Of a stretch of 64,000 nt of DNA, positions 41,858 to 55,258 are shown one piece after another (position 1 is the stretch's first letter; each line of letters starts with the position of its first letter). Location of the stretch: NCBI GenBank assembly GCA_964016885.1, contig OZ024742.1:108624001-108688000 (forward strand), read 5' to 3'. The notes beneath the pieces are model-generated. The model was not told the origin of the DNA, ran no database searches, and saw nothing but the letters and a program-made list of their open reading frames with translations. The stretch comes from Eledone cirrhosa. Taxonomy: Eukaryota. A program made the translations under genes and the position numbers.

Positions 41858-42131
41858 TTTTCTCCCTTCCTTTGCCGGAAAAAGAAGTAAGTGACATAGT
41901 CACTACTTTAAAATGATAGCGCTAGGTCTTCAAAATGTTTTAAATTAAACATACTGTATATTGCCAAATATACTATACATACATTCATGTACATCGCTAT
42001 TTCAGAGCACCAATCCTAATTTTTTATTTTTGCTGGACCGGCAATCGCTCTGAATAATCAGTTCCTAATTATTACTGGAATTCTATAAGAATCCAGCCTC
42101 TATAATTTTCGGCAGAGGCGGAGAGTACGTT

Positions 42132-42172
42132 GCTCTGAGGAACACCAACAGTGTGAAGCAGAATCTGTCAGC
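42132..42172 (+). ncRNA. Type I hammerhead ribozyme with A15.1>G
   Basis: gct-CTGAGGA-acac/gtgt-GAAG-cag-aat-ctg-TC-agc. Confidence 0.7.
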
Positions 42173-42425
42173 TTCTCTCCCTTCCTTTGCCGAAAAAAGA
42201 AGTAAGTGACATAGTCACTACTTTAAAATGATAGCGCTAGGTCTTCAAAATGTTTTAAATTAAACATACAGTATATTGCCAAATATACTATACATACATT
42301 CATGTATACATCGCTATTTCAGAGCACTAATATATATATATAAGTTATTTCCGGTTGATTCGGAGGTAACAACAGTAAGTAAGGTACTCAATACATAGCA
42401 GAGTATAAAAGTTTTAATATAGAAG

Positions 42426-42476
42426 AGCTTCTACAGGACTAGAACTGTTTCATTCGTGAGAAATCATCAGGAAGCT
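42426..42476 (-). ncRNA. Type I hammerhead ribozyme in a PLE pLTR (pLTR ~42343-42870)
   Basis: agcttc-CTGATGA-tttc-tcac-gaat-GAAAcag-ttctagtc-ctGTA-gaagct. Confidence 0.85.
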
Positions 42477-43192
42477 GGCTGTCCAAGTAAATGCTAGTAT
42501 TAATGTATTTCCTTATCTGGTGGTAGGAGATGGTGGGGATTGGGATGGGTGTAGGTCATTGGTTGAAGGATTTAAAGAAAGGGGATTCATTAAAAGCTAA
42601 TTCTTTAAAGCTATAATATTAACAAAGGCAGAAAGAATACCGTAAACAAGTTCAAAATTGGAATACCAATCCTTGTTTATCACTTAAAGTAACAATGCCT
42701 GTAAGACAGGTGTCTACAGGATGGGTGGGGTTCAATGGTTTAAAGAAAAGGGAAATTCTTTAGAAGCTAATTCTTTATGGCTAAAATAAGGGTGACAAAA
42801 TATATATATATATACAAAAAGTTATGAAACGAAAGGAGATGTATGGTTACTAAAAACAAGGTTTAGGATGCTGTTTAGGACGAAACAGGAGGAGAAAGGA
42901 AGAAAGTAGTTTCCATCGTCAGCTGTAAATGTATCCCGAACCGATGTTTCGGCGCTGAATTACAGGATATCGGTGTAGTTCGGGTGCGCCCGAGGCCTTT
43001 TATTAAGGCGAGGTGGAAAAGGAGAGAGAAAGAGAAAAAAAGGAAAGAGAGGGAAAGGAGGAAGAACAGGGGAGAAAAAGATGAGGAGAGAAGAAGAAGG
43101 GGAAAAAATAGGAAAGGAATAGAAGAAAAAAGTGTGCAGATCCCATCGTGGGAAGACACAGGTGAAAGAAACATGCAAAAAAGTAACCGTGG

Positions 43193-43293
<101 letters not shown>

Positions 43294-45133
43294 CACAAAT
43301 ATGTATATATACAAGTTTCGATGATAGTGTGTGTGTGATTGTGTGTGTGTAAGAAAGAGAGATAGAGAGAGAGGGGAAGGAAAGAGAGAGAAATTGAAAT
43401 AGCTGTCGTCGTCGTCGCCGTTTCCCCCCCCCCCTCCCCCTCCCTGATCTCATTAGGAAACTAATATTAGAAACCCAGAATTTTCTGAGTCACATTTGCA
43501 TATTTACCCAATATCTTGCACTGCTATGCAATGTAAATAACTAAGTTGAGTTGAAATGTATATTAGTCGCTTCAAGCGATATTTATTAAGATTTTAATCA
43601 CAGAGATTGGATATGAAAATCATGTTATATGACAAATGGTGACTTTATTGAATTTCGGTGTATTAAAATTGCATATAAGAGGATTTAGATGATACATCGT
43701 ACCACGATATGTTACATACAGACACACATTTTCAGGTGAAGTGCCGAAAGATATACGGGCGTGGATATCGTGGCTTTAATATATAATATATTATAACCAT
43801 GATGAAGAAAACTAATTTAATGGGGAGAAGATAACTGAAAAGTAGATGCAAAGAATAATGTAATATAAAATCATATAAAACATGTAAAAGTCATATAAAT
43901 ATCATATAAAATCATAAAAAAGTCACATTTCTCTATTTGAACGGAGTAAAGAGTAGGGATATTAACCAACTATGAGATTGACTGGCCCATCAAGTTGTAT
44001 AATAAAGGTTGTATTGAAATAATCCTCTCTGTATGTTACTTGTCAGATTCTATTATTTTCATCACTTTATCGGGGATGGTGGTGGGTGGAGAGGTTAATA
44101 GCAAAACCAACATCACAATGTCGTCTAATCTCGCCTAGAAAAATTCTTCTTGACAGATGAAGGTTTAGTCCATCTCTCGTGGTATTCTAATGTCTACGAA
44201 GTGAAATATTTGTAGAGTAGCCATACCTTATTTTAGTTTTAGCATATTGCTGACAGATATACCTTCCTCAAGAGCATAGCTTATAAAGGGCGCCAGCAAT
44301 TATGATGCAGAAGGACATGTTGATTCCACTGAATCTAGTACTTGATTCATATTTTATTATATCAACACCGGAATGATGAAAGACAAAATTAAACGCAGTG
44401 GGATTTGAACTCAGAATATAAAGATTCAAAACAAATACCGCAAAACATTTTGTTCACTGCTCTAGCAAACCTGCCAATCCAAAATAATAAATGAAAAACC
44501 AATGTATATTTGTAGAAACGGACCGTGCCAGTTTGAGTATTACAACTTTACAGACAGCAGTGGTGTAACATAAAAAATGATGTTACATAATAAAAAGCGG
44601 GTAAAAGACTTTAAACCCTCATAAAATGTAAGAAATAGCCAGAGAATATCAAACACTGGGTCATGGCACTTGCCTCAAAGATTTGTGCGATTCGAATATT
44701 TCCTTAAAATATACCCTCACAAAGAGAACCATAAGCACGTAAGTTAACAAAACACATTCTGATGTAAAATTTAAAAAAAGCCATTGATCTCTTCAAGAAA
44801 TTGAAAGTAAACGTATCGATTATCTGAAATAAAAACATTAAAAACATTTTTCAATCAAAGAAATTCAACGGAATGTATCAAATAAACATGAAAAGAAAGG
44901 AAAAGAATTATATACTGGACAAAACAAGTAAAATATTCTTGTAAATGTGAATTTTATGAGAACGTTTATTTCGGCTTCATTGGGCAAAGATAAATTGTTT
45001 TCAGTAAAGTTCGGATATGTTGAAGATTCGAACACCTGTCAAACACGGAAATCGGAAAATGGAGCATGGTTTACTAAATATTTCAGAGTACTTGCAGGTG
45101 TCAAACACACACCCATGCACACGCACACATACA

Positions 45134-45169
<36 letters not shown>

Positions 45170-45511
45170 AAAATGAAATTTCATTTCTCACTCTTAGTAA
45201 AGCTGATACTTAAATATAAGCACGTATACGTACATACATATATGTATACAGACGTACAGTAGTATCTATGTACATACATACATGCACACATATATATATG
45301 TGCATGTATGTATGTATGTACTTACATACTACTGTACGTCTGTATACATATATATATATGTACGTATACATGCTTATATATATATATATATATATATATA
45401 AAGAATTAATATATCTACCGACATATGTATACAGATGCATACCTATGCTAGCAGATATATATGTTTTGTCTTAGTAACTTTGTAGTTCTATGCAGGGGAA
45501 TGCAGAACAAT

Positions 45512-45617
45512 TATATGAAAGACGTAAATAAGAAAGTTATGAAAATTGACTTACTTACTAAAATTTCACTCCAATTTTAGTAAGTAAGTCAATTTTCATA
45601 ACTTTCTTATTTACGTC

Positions 45618-45625
<8 letters not shown>
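45512..45625. repeat. Perfect hairpin with about 53-bp arms and a 7-nt loop, abutting (TA)n
   Basis: atatgaaagacg..ctaaaatt-tcactcc-aattttag..cgtctttcatat. Confidence 0.9.
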
Positions 45626-45659
<34 letters not shown>

Positions 45660-45784
45660 GTAGGTCCCGGGTTGAGTCGGGGATAACCACAGTAAGTAAG
45701 GTACTCAATACATGGCAGAGTAAAATTTTTTTATTTTATAGAAGGAGCTTCTACAGGACTAGTACTGTTTCATTCAGATGAAAT

Positions 45785-45831
45785 CTTCCTGAAGATTTCA
45801 TCTGAATGAAACAGTACTAGTCCTGTAGAAG
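45785..45831 (+). ncRNA. Type I hammerhead inside a palindrome (~45726-45852)
   Basis: cttc-CTGAAGA-tttc-atct-gaat-GAAAcag-tactagtc-ctGTA-gaag; the palindrome centre is at the start of the core. Confidence 0.8.
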
Positions 45832-45848
45832 CTCCTTCTATAAAATAA

Positions 45849-45879
<31 letters not shown>

Positions 45880-46599
45880 TTCAAATTTTAGTACAGCATT
45901 AACGAAGCTTTTGGCTGCGGCCAAGCTAACGAATGCAGATTCGGAATGCAACTTAGCACTCGATGGAGAATAATACCCCAAAGTTATAACAATACGTTTA
46001 GACAGCTTTGCAAATCAAATATAGCGACTGACAGTCTAGCCGCATTGCCATAGCAACGGAAAAAACTGAACTCAGGAAAAGAGTTTGACTGACGTGGACC
46101 ATCATGTGGACATCGAATGCAACACATAACGCATAACGTATAGCATACAATATACATCACATATAACATACAACATCCGCGCTAGGTTTCTGTATATCCG
46201 AGATAGACAAATTCCGCTTGCAGGGGTCTGCAAGTTAATGGCCTTTGACGACAGAACAAAGGATTTACTTTGTCAACAAGTCTTGCTTTCTATAGACTCG
46301 ACGGGTGTGTTTTCTAGCAGTAATTTTCGCTATAGACACGTGGTTTTCCCAAAGGGACGTAACCCCCGTTTTGGCGGTCATTTCGAAATTTGGGACAAAG
46401 AAATGAAATTCACTTAGACAAACCGAATTAAGCACTCAACCAGAAGTTGTGTGTGTGTGTGCGTGCGTGTGTGTGTGTGTTGTTGTTTTTTTCATATCTG
46501 GCTTAGTATACTGAAGAAAATTGATATATGTGTGTTTATATATGGATATATATGTGTATATGCGTGTGCTTATTTAGATTGTAGAAAATTATGCAAATG

Positions 46600-47644
46600 G
46601 GACTTGTCCCATGTATAGGAGCAAATTTTCGAACAGAATAGAAAGGATTAGGCAAATAAAGATAAGGCAAATAAAATCAATTCATGGTATGATAGCAATA
46701 AATACCAGAGTGTAATGTTCGTCAATACAACCCTTAGAGGCAAACTAGCTTACAGATTTAGAAGGGCCCTAGACAAGCTAAAATTAAATATTGAGATAGT
46801 TAAAAGACCAGGTATTCCCATAAAACCCTACTTAGTAAAACATATCCATTTCAAAGATCCCCTTGTACTGATAGGAAATGCATGGTCTGCAAGCTAAGCC
46901 CACAAACTAACTGCAAAACTAGGAACGTAGTATATAGCATACGATGTACTGAGGGACAGTGTAGGAATAAGAACATAACATACATAGGTGAAACAGCTCG
47001 TAGCATAGGTGAAAGGATAAGTGAATACTGGCGAGAGCTCCTGGATGGAAAAAAACTCTTCAGTACTCCACCAACATGCCAATATAGAACACAGGGACAC
47101 ATTAGAGGACATAGAGATAAAAATTATATCCACACACAGAAAGGATGCAATGCTCAGGCAAATAACAGAGGCGGCAAATATAAATGAACTCCAAACAAAA
47201 TCAAACAGAAAACATGAGTGGAATAGCAACATCACAACTAGTAATTAAAGACAAAATGAAGACATACTGACACACACAGAAACCAAACTAACAAAACAAA
47301 TCAGACACACACAGATAGAATAAACAACCAACTAGCGACAAGTAAACAAACACATAAATGAATAAATAAAAACACTCACACATACCCGGATGTAACGCAT
47401 GTGCAAACTAAGCACACAACACACAACACACAAAAGCAAGATGGTGTAGGACAGAAAAGGAAGGCACACAAAATGAAAACATCGTCACTGAGGAGGTCGC
47501 AGAATGTGTGACGAAAGAGCTTTGACAATATATAAACAACCATCCGGTTATCGAACCAACCAAGCAAACAGAAATTTATAATAAATTGAAGTGAAAACCA
47601 ACAGGTGCATGTGTTTTATTGGCAGCATGGGCCTCCCAAAGTAA

Positions 47645-47650
<6 letters not shown>
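46600..47650 (+). mobile_element. Penelope-like element 3' part: Cys-rich linker and GIY-YIG endonuclease (frameshifted) plus pLTR
   Basis: CMVC..NCKTRNVVYSIRC..TYIGETARSIGERISE; SSVLHQH..LRQITEA..NRKHEW; ends cctcccaaagtaaagcaa-(TA)n. Confidence 0.9.
47484..47526 (+). ncRNA. Minimal type I hammerhead ribozyme
   Basis: gtca-CTGAGGA-ggtcgca/tgtgac-GAAA-gagc-TT-tgac; 1-bp stem III as in PLE minimal hammerheads. Confidence 0.72.
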
Positions 47651-47681
<31 letters not shown>

Positions 47682-47697
47682 GGTATATGTATATATG

Positions 47698-47939
<242 letters not shown>

Positions 47940-48011
47940 TAGCGAAGCAAGCAGTTATTAAACAATTTTCTAAATAAATTTAAAAATGATTAAATAATCA
48001 CCTGTTCAGAC

Positions 48012-48092
48012 GCTGTTACCGACGGTTTCATCATTCCGAAAGATTGAAAATCCAACGAATTTCCAATGGAAAGAAATGAATCTTCAGACAGC
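48012..48092 (-). ncRNA. Type I hammerhead ribozyme, inverted copy of 48521
   Basis: gctgt-CTGAAGA-ttcatt...aatgat-GAAAcc-gtc-gGTA-acagc. Confidence 0.82.
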
Positions 48093-48520
48093 CCTATTTC
48101 TACGCCATAAGGTATCAAGCCTTATAGCAAGTAAATATTATGCTCCCTGCCCAACGCATGCGGTCAAGCCGTTAATATGACACACACGCATAATCAGGTC
48201 GCTGATAAAAGCTGGATATTATAAACATGTCGAATTGCCACTAAAATTAGCAGCATTATTCAACGTTTTGTTCTCTACGTAAGGAGAATAATTATAAAAG
48301 TGGATGGATACTTCAACAGGTACAATGTACTTGTAGAAATATTCAAGTTGTTTATAACACATGTGGTTCAATGGCACTAATTCGAGATACCAGAACAATG
48401 TAAAAGTAGCGAAGCAAGCGGTTATTAAACAATTTTCTAAATAAATTGACCGCATGCGTTAGGCAGGAAGCATAATATTTACTTGCTATAAGGCTTGATA
48501 CCTTATGGCGTGGAAATAGG

Positions 48521-48601
48521 GCTGTCTGAAGATTCACTTCTTTCCATTGGAAATTCGTTGGATTTTCAATCTTTCGGAATGATGAAACCGTCGGTAACAG
48601 C
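48521..48601 (+). ncRNA. Type I hammerhead ribozyme in an inverted pLTR complex (47935-48783)
   Basis: gctgt-CTGAAGA...GAAAccgtcgGTA-acagc; bulged hairpin at 48683-48713. Confidence 0.82.
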
Positions 48602-48809
48602 GTCTGAACAGGTGATTATTTAATCATTTTATTTTTTTTTAGAAAATTGTTTAATAACCGCTTGCTTCGCTACTTTTATATTGTTCTGGTATCTCGAATT
48701 AGTGCCATTGAACCACATGTATTATAAACAACTTGAATATTTCTACAGGTACATTGTACCTGTTGAGGTATCCATCCACTTCTATATATATATATATGTA
48801 TATATGTAC

Positions 48810-48965
<156 letters not shown>

Positions 48966-49159
48966 TTACTTTGGGAGGGCCATGCTGTGTATATGCATAT
49001 ATATATATATATATATGTGTGTGTATGTGCGTGTATATATATATATATATATATATACGTATGTGTATGTGTGTTGGTAGTTTTCATATATGGCATAGTA
49101 TACTGAAGAAAATTGATATATGTGTGTTTATATATGGAGACTGCATTTGTGTATATGCA

Positions 49160-49193
<34 letters not shown>

Positions 49194-49195
49194 AA

Positions 49196-50466
49196 TACAA
49201 TAGTCCACTACGATGATAAAAAGGTAGGGAGCCAATGTATCTTCCTGGAGCACTCCAGCCAGTATCTCAAAGAATTCTGTCATTCCATCAGGTGTAATGA
49301 CTTGGGCTTTGGTGTTGCTGTAGAGCAGTGATATCAGGTTCACGATCTTCTTGGGGATACCATAAGCCTGTAAGATCTTCATTCGGCAGTGATGGTCCAC
49401 ATAATCAAAGGCCTTCCTAAAGTCAATGAAAACCATGACCGCAGGAAGGCACTTTGCTCTAGCTCCCTCTAATATCCTCCTCAGCATCAGGATGTGACTG
49501 GTGGTTGATCTTCCCTCTCTGAAGCCGTTCTGGTTGTCCCTGAGCTTCTTCTCCATCTCAGGCTGGATCCTGTTAAGAATTATCCTGTTGAGGATCTTTG
49601 CCACAAGTGACGTCAGCGCCTTGCACTGGAGAAACACCAGGACTCTGGCTTTACTGTAGCACCGGCTCAGAGCAGGAGAGTTAGGGCGAAAAAAGTATCG
49701 GATGCTGAATTTGCCGACGACATAGTTTTGGTGACAAATAGAGTGAAGGAGGCAGAGGATTTGAGCAGGAGGTTGAGACTGTGTCGATGAGTGTGGGGTT
49801 GAGAATGAATGAGACTAAAACAAAATATCTGGGAGAGAATGTTTAGAAGCCAGAGGGGATTACTAATGTAGGCGGGAAGCGCTGGAATTGGTTGAGGACT
49901 TCCTATATTTGGGAGCAAAGATTGGGAATACGGAAGATGATGTAGTTGAGAGGAAGAGCAAGGCCTGGGTGGCGTACCACAGCTTGAGATCGGTGTGGAA
50001 GTCGGACCTTCGTAAAGACTTGAAAATCCGCCTCTTCATTGCTGTAGTGGAGTCTGTGCTGCTGTACGGGTCTGAGACTTGGACACTGACCAAGAAACTC
50101 ACTCAGATGGTGGATGGGTGATACACAAGAATGCTGAGGATGGCTCTGAACATTAATCAGTATACACTGAGGATGAAAAACTCAGAGCTGTATGAGAGTC
50201 TCCCAAAAGTCAGCTCAAAAGTGGCACAGAGGAGACTAAGGTTAGCAGGACATGCTCACCGACATCCAGAGTTGACATTGCACTCAGTGCTCCTGTGGTA
50301 GCCCCTACATGGACACACTGGAAGTGGAAGACCAAGGTTAACGTAATTTGATGCCATAAGGACAGACACTGGTCTGTTGGAGACGCAGGACATGGCAACG
50401 ATAATGAGGGACAGAGACCGCTGGAGAGAACTCGTCCATGGATCTCGGGAATTTTACCCGCCCTAG
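49196..50466 (+). mobile_element. RTE LINE with 5' inversion (49196-49624 minus, 49625-50466 plus)
   Basis: Minus piece: NQNGFR, FIDFRKAFD, GVLQEDTLAPYLF. Plus piece: EFADDIVL, LLYGSETW, RLAGH. Flanked by (TA)n. Confidence 0.9.
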
Positions 50467-50477
50467 AAAAAGAAAAT

Positions 50478-50508
<31 letters not shown>

Positions 50509-50896
50509 CATATGTACATATACATATATACACATATACGCATATATACATATATATATATATGCATATATACATACATATATATACAGTATATACATAT
50601 ATATATACTTATATATATATACATATATATATACATATAAATATATATACATATATATACTTACATATATACATATATATACATATATATATAAGTATGT
50701 ATACGTACATACATATATGTATACAGACGTACAGTAGTATGTATATATATATACATACATGCACACATATATATATGTACGTATGGATTCACCAAACATT
50801 TATTATAATGCTCGGTGTGTTTGTAAACAAACATCCCGTATTAAGCCGTAGTGTCTAGCAACCACCGTTGCTCGTTTGTTCAACACTGACAAAGGA

Positions 50897-50939
50897 ACGC
50901 TGTACTAGTTTCAAGCTTGTTAGCTATCGTCAGCAACGT
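50897..50939 (-). ncRNA. Minimal type I hammerhead ribozyme
   Basis: acgttg-CTGACGA-tagct-aaca-agctt-GAAA-ctag-TA-cagcgt. Confidence 0.82.
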
Positions 50940-51001
50940 ATACCTTCCTGCCAGATAGTTGAACTTAAGAGTGGGAAATGAAATTTCGTTTCATTTTTTC
51001 C

Positions 51002-51097
<96 letters not shown>

Positions 51098-51339
51098 ATA
51101 TATATATACACACATATATATATATATACATACAGAAATATACATATATATATATATATACACACATACATACATATATACTCATATATATTCACATACA
51201 TACATATATACACACATATATATACGTATACATATGTATACATACATACATACATATACACATACATACATATATATACACATATATACATACTTACATA
51301 TACACATACATGAATATATATATATATACTTGTGTATAA

Positions 51340-51625
51340 TGGTAGCTATGGTGCTTCCATAGGCGGTATGCCAAAATTACCACTCAATATTCATACTGAG
51401 TAGAGTGTGGATAGTATTAAAAAAACGAAAAATTAGTGATAAATCTGAACCCAGTTTATTGCATGTTACAATTGTTTCGCCGGCAGGTAGATCGAGACAT
51501 GATCACTGCAGCCGTAGAATCAGCCAGATCCATGCAGTGATCATGTCTCGATCTACCTGCCGGCGAAACAATTGTAATACGCAATAAACTGGGTTCAGAT
51601 GCATCACTGATTTTTCGTTTTTTTA

Positions 51626-51630
<5 letters not shown>
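51340..51630 (-). mobile_element. Fold-back PLE pLTR fragment (about 98-bp arms)
   Basis: 51412-51510 is inverted versus 51533-51630; hammerhead 3' half GAAAC-aatt-GTA; bulged hairpin at 51383-51407. Confidence 0.75.
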
Positions 51631-51669
<39 letters not shown>

Positions 51670-52002
51670 CTTTGTTTTTCGTTTTGTCTTGTTTTTTTTT
51701 TTGGAACAAAAAAGAGTGCGAAAACAAAGCAAAACGAAAAACAATTTTTTAAAGGGGAAACCAGAAAAAAAAAAAATGTTGTTAATAAAAAACGAATGAA
51801 AGACACAGAATATCCAGGTTCATCGGCTGTTGAGATGAACTTTGGCAGTTTCGACCCCAACCAACAGTAGTGCTTGTCCATCCGGAGTCACAGTGTCTGA
51901 CACAAGCCAAAGCATTGTCCATGGAGTAAGAGACAAGACTAAACAATAACTTATAGCAATTCAGTTATAACAAGTACACAGAATGTTATGTGGGCCAAAG
52001 AG

Positions 52003-52630
52003 ATGGTATTGTGATTCGTGCATTTCTGCACTTAATTCAGCCTGCTGGATTCCATCACACGTGAAGACGGCCCCGACTTACTTGAATATCTCCACCCGCT
52101 GTAGTGGAACGCCACTCACATGCAGAGTGTACTGTGCAGCCTTCCTTGATATAAATGCCTCAGTCTTCGCAGAACTGATTTTCATTCCTACCATGCAGCA
52201 CTCGGGAGCAAAAAGGGATGTAGGTGTAAAAGCCAAACTCGCTATCTACAATTCGTGCTTACCTTTAACTATGGAATCTGAAGTAATGACCGAAAGCAAA
52301 CGATTGCGAATACAAGCGGCCTTTGGAGTAACGTTACTCGTTAGAGTGCGTAGCCTAAAGATCAGGAAGTCGCTCCATGTACAGCCGCTACATCTCCGCA
52401 TCGAGAGAGCACAGTTCCGATGCTACGGATATGTAAGAATGTCTAAGAAAAGAATTACTGGCTATATTTTACGGGGAAAACTAACCGGCAGGAGTCCTAG
52501 AGGTAGACCATGAGCACGATGGTCGAATAACACTCATGAGCTTGTGGATCCAGCGAGAACAATTGGTTTCAACAGGACCGCTGGAAGGCGTTCTTGAGGA
52601 CTCCGCCCTTAAGACCCTCCCAGGAAGAAG
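52003..52630 (+). mobile_element. RTE LINE fragment with 5' inversion
   Basis: 52003-52205 reads GMKISSAKTE..GAVFTCDGIQQAEL on the minus strand; from 52206 the plus strand reads KAKLAIYNS..RIERAQ..PRGRP. Confidence 0.75.
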
Positions 52631-52695
52631 ACTATTAATATGGTATATTCATTACAGCTGTTTAACCGAAGAGCCTCTTTCTCTGTCTCTCCCTC

Positions 52696-52741
<46 letters not shown>

Positions 52742-53166
52742 CAATCATGACTAAGCTCCAGTTTGATCATTTTTATTAAGGGTTTCCATATGTCCTTTAT
52801 GCTTAGTTTCGAATAGTAACTTTCCTAAATCCATATGTGTATTAACGTTTCATACACAGTGTGTATTATATTTCATACACACATAAATTTAGGAAAGCTA
52901 CTGTTCCAAATTAAGCCTTAAAGAATAAGAAAAATAAAACTGGTTTATAGACGGGTTTTCAATATAATGTGCTCGTAAGAAATGTTGTTGCTCCATACTT
53001 ATACATGTCTGTGTGTGTGTGTGTGTGTGTGTGTGGAGAGAGAGAGAGAGCTATAGAGAATGTGCTACTTATACAGTTTAAATTACAACACATGTATAAG
53101 ACTTAGCATATAGTCAGATATATAAAGAATGATTGTATGTATGTCACATTATTTGTAGAAAAGAAG

Positions 53167-53350
53167 GGTGGTGGATTGGCAGTATCGGTAGAGGGTCGGA
53201 CGCCATGCCTTCCAGCATAGTTACGTCCCTTTACGATCTGAGTTCAAATCCCGCCGAGGTTGACTTTGCCTTTCATCCTTACGGGGTCGATAAAATAAAG
53301 TACCAGTAATGCACTGGGTAATTGCTGGCCTTGTGCCTAAAGTAGAAACA
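53167..53350 (+). mobile_element. tRNA-derived SINE with TSD
   Basis: A-box and B-box motifs; 18-bp TSD attatttgtagaaaagaa at ~53148-53165 and 53351-53368. Confidence 0.9.
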
Positions 53351-53384
53351 ATTATTTGTAGAAAAGAAAAGAGACAAAGGTGTA

Positions 53385-53427
<43 letters not shown>

Positions 53428-53431
<4 letters not shown>

Positions 53432-54413
53432 AAATGGGGAGAAGAATACTGCTGGTTGCACATGGATAACATGTAATAAAATAAGTCCCTCATCAGTGAT
53501 TTGCCGACGATCATAGATATTTCATTGCATTAAAAATCATATACCTCACGTCGGTGCAATAATAACTAAATTAAGTTATTAGGACAATTAAAACGCGTAA
53601 AGCGAGTGAGACAAGATAACAACAAAGAGGATAGCTAACCGTAGAAAGAAGGAGACAAGCTTCATAGTTATTCTGTTAGCATAAGCTAGGTGAATATATG
53701 AGCGCTTAGAAAAAAGACCTTTCAGCAGCGAATTCAAATGTGAGAGAGAGAAAATGATTTCGTCGCGAACGGGGTGAAGTGAGAAGAGGAGAAACAGTGA
53801 GTGAGTGAGTGGAAGTGTGAGGAAGAGCTAACTGACATGACAGAGGGGGCGAAAGAAAGTAGGAGAAACAGAGAGAGCGAGGGAGCAGTAAGAGAGAGAG
53901 AGAGAAAAAAACAGAATCGCAGTATAGGTAAATATATGTGAAAAAATGGGGAGAATAATACTGCTGGTTGCACATGGATAACATGTAATAAAATAAGTCC
54001 CTCATCAGTGATTTGCCGACGATCATAGATATTTCATTGCATTAAAAATCATATACCTCACGTCGGTGCAATAATAACTAAATTAAGTTATTAGGACAAT
54101 TAAAACGCGTAAAGCGAGTGAGACAAGATAACAACAAAGAGGATAGCTAACCGTAGAAAGAAGGAGACAAGCTTCATAGTTATTCTGTTAGCATAAGCTA
54201 GGTGAATATATGAGCGCTTAGAAAAAAGACCTTTCAGCAGAGAATTCAAATGTGAGAGAGAGAAAATGATTTCGTCGCGAACGGAGTGAAGTGAGAAGAG
54301 GAGAAACAGTGAGTGAGTGAGTGGAAGTGTGAGGAAGAGTTAACTGACATGACAGAGGGGGCGAAAGAAAGTAGGAGAAACAGAGAGAGCGAGGGAGCAG
54401 TAAGAGAGAGAGA
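53428..54413 (-). repeat. Tandem of about 1.9 copies of a 512-bp ORF-less unit
   Basis: gaaaaaatggggagaa at 53428 and 53940; near-identical copies; TA-rich flanks. Confidence 0.9.
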
Positions 54414-54722
54414 ATATATATATGGGGATAGGACTCTTTTAAATGCGACATTAAAGTGACATACTAAAATGATCGATCAATCCCACCCACACACATGATG
54501 CTTCACTGAACAGAACAGATACATAATTACTTAATAAATCAATTCACTCCAAATATCTGTGTTAAAATGCCCCTGTATTACTAAACTATCCAACCCAGCC
54601 TTACCCATCCCATTGATTTATTTCAAACAGATGCTGCTCATCTCTCGCCGGAAACAAATGATGGAATCATGTCTTAGCTTGTTTTTTTTTCGTTTTTGTG
54701 ATAGAGGTTTTGTTTTTGTATG

Positions 54723-54756
<34 letters not shown>

Positions 54757-55169
54757 GATCGACGTGTGTATCTCATACTTCTCTTGTGTACTATCTCATA
54801 TACATACACGTTCCTTCTTTTTTTTATATATAGTCTGCACGCATTTTCTATGTACGGTCTGCGCATACTATTTACCATGAACGCACATTATGTGGCTTTG
54901 CGTGAGCATTCCATAAGTGGATTGATCCATGTTCGGAACGTAACAACATCTCTGTAGGCACATATTACAATGTGCACCCTTTCATGTATAGCCCACTGTG
55001 TATATTTATGTGCCGTTATATGTATATACTCATCTTTTTCCATTTCTCCGAGGGTTCTTAACCCCACTATCAGGCTAAATAATTTCTTTAATTTCTTTAG
55101 TCAAAATACGGCGATAGCTTACATTCCTAATAATTTCAAATCAACTCGCTGTTTCGAAAATATTCTTAC

Positions 55170-55258
<89 letters not shown>

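Larger units (their letters stand above)
41548..42330 (+). mobile_element. Hammerhead-bearing 315-bp unit: one inverted copy plus two tandem copies
   Basis: 41548-41798 (-), 41818-42010 (+), ~42030-42328 (+); (TA)n on both sides; no ORF. Confidence 0.85.

Noticed and set aside
42900-42926. CTGACGAtgGAAA on the minus strand as an ultra-minimal hammerhead
   Set aside because: No stem II and no stem I complementarity.
53167-53260. tRNA gene
   Set aside because: A and B boxes belong to a SINE head; no cloverleaf, and a TSD flanks the whole element.
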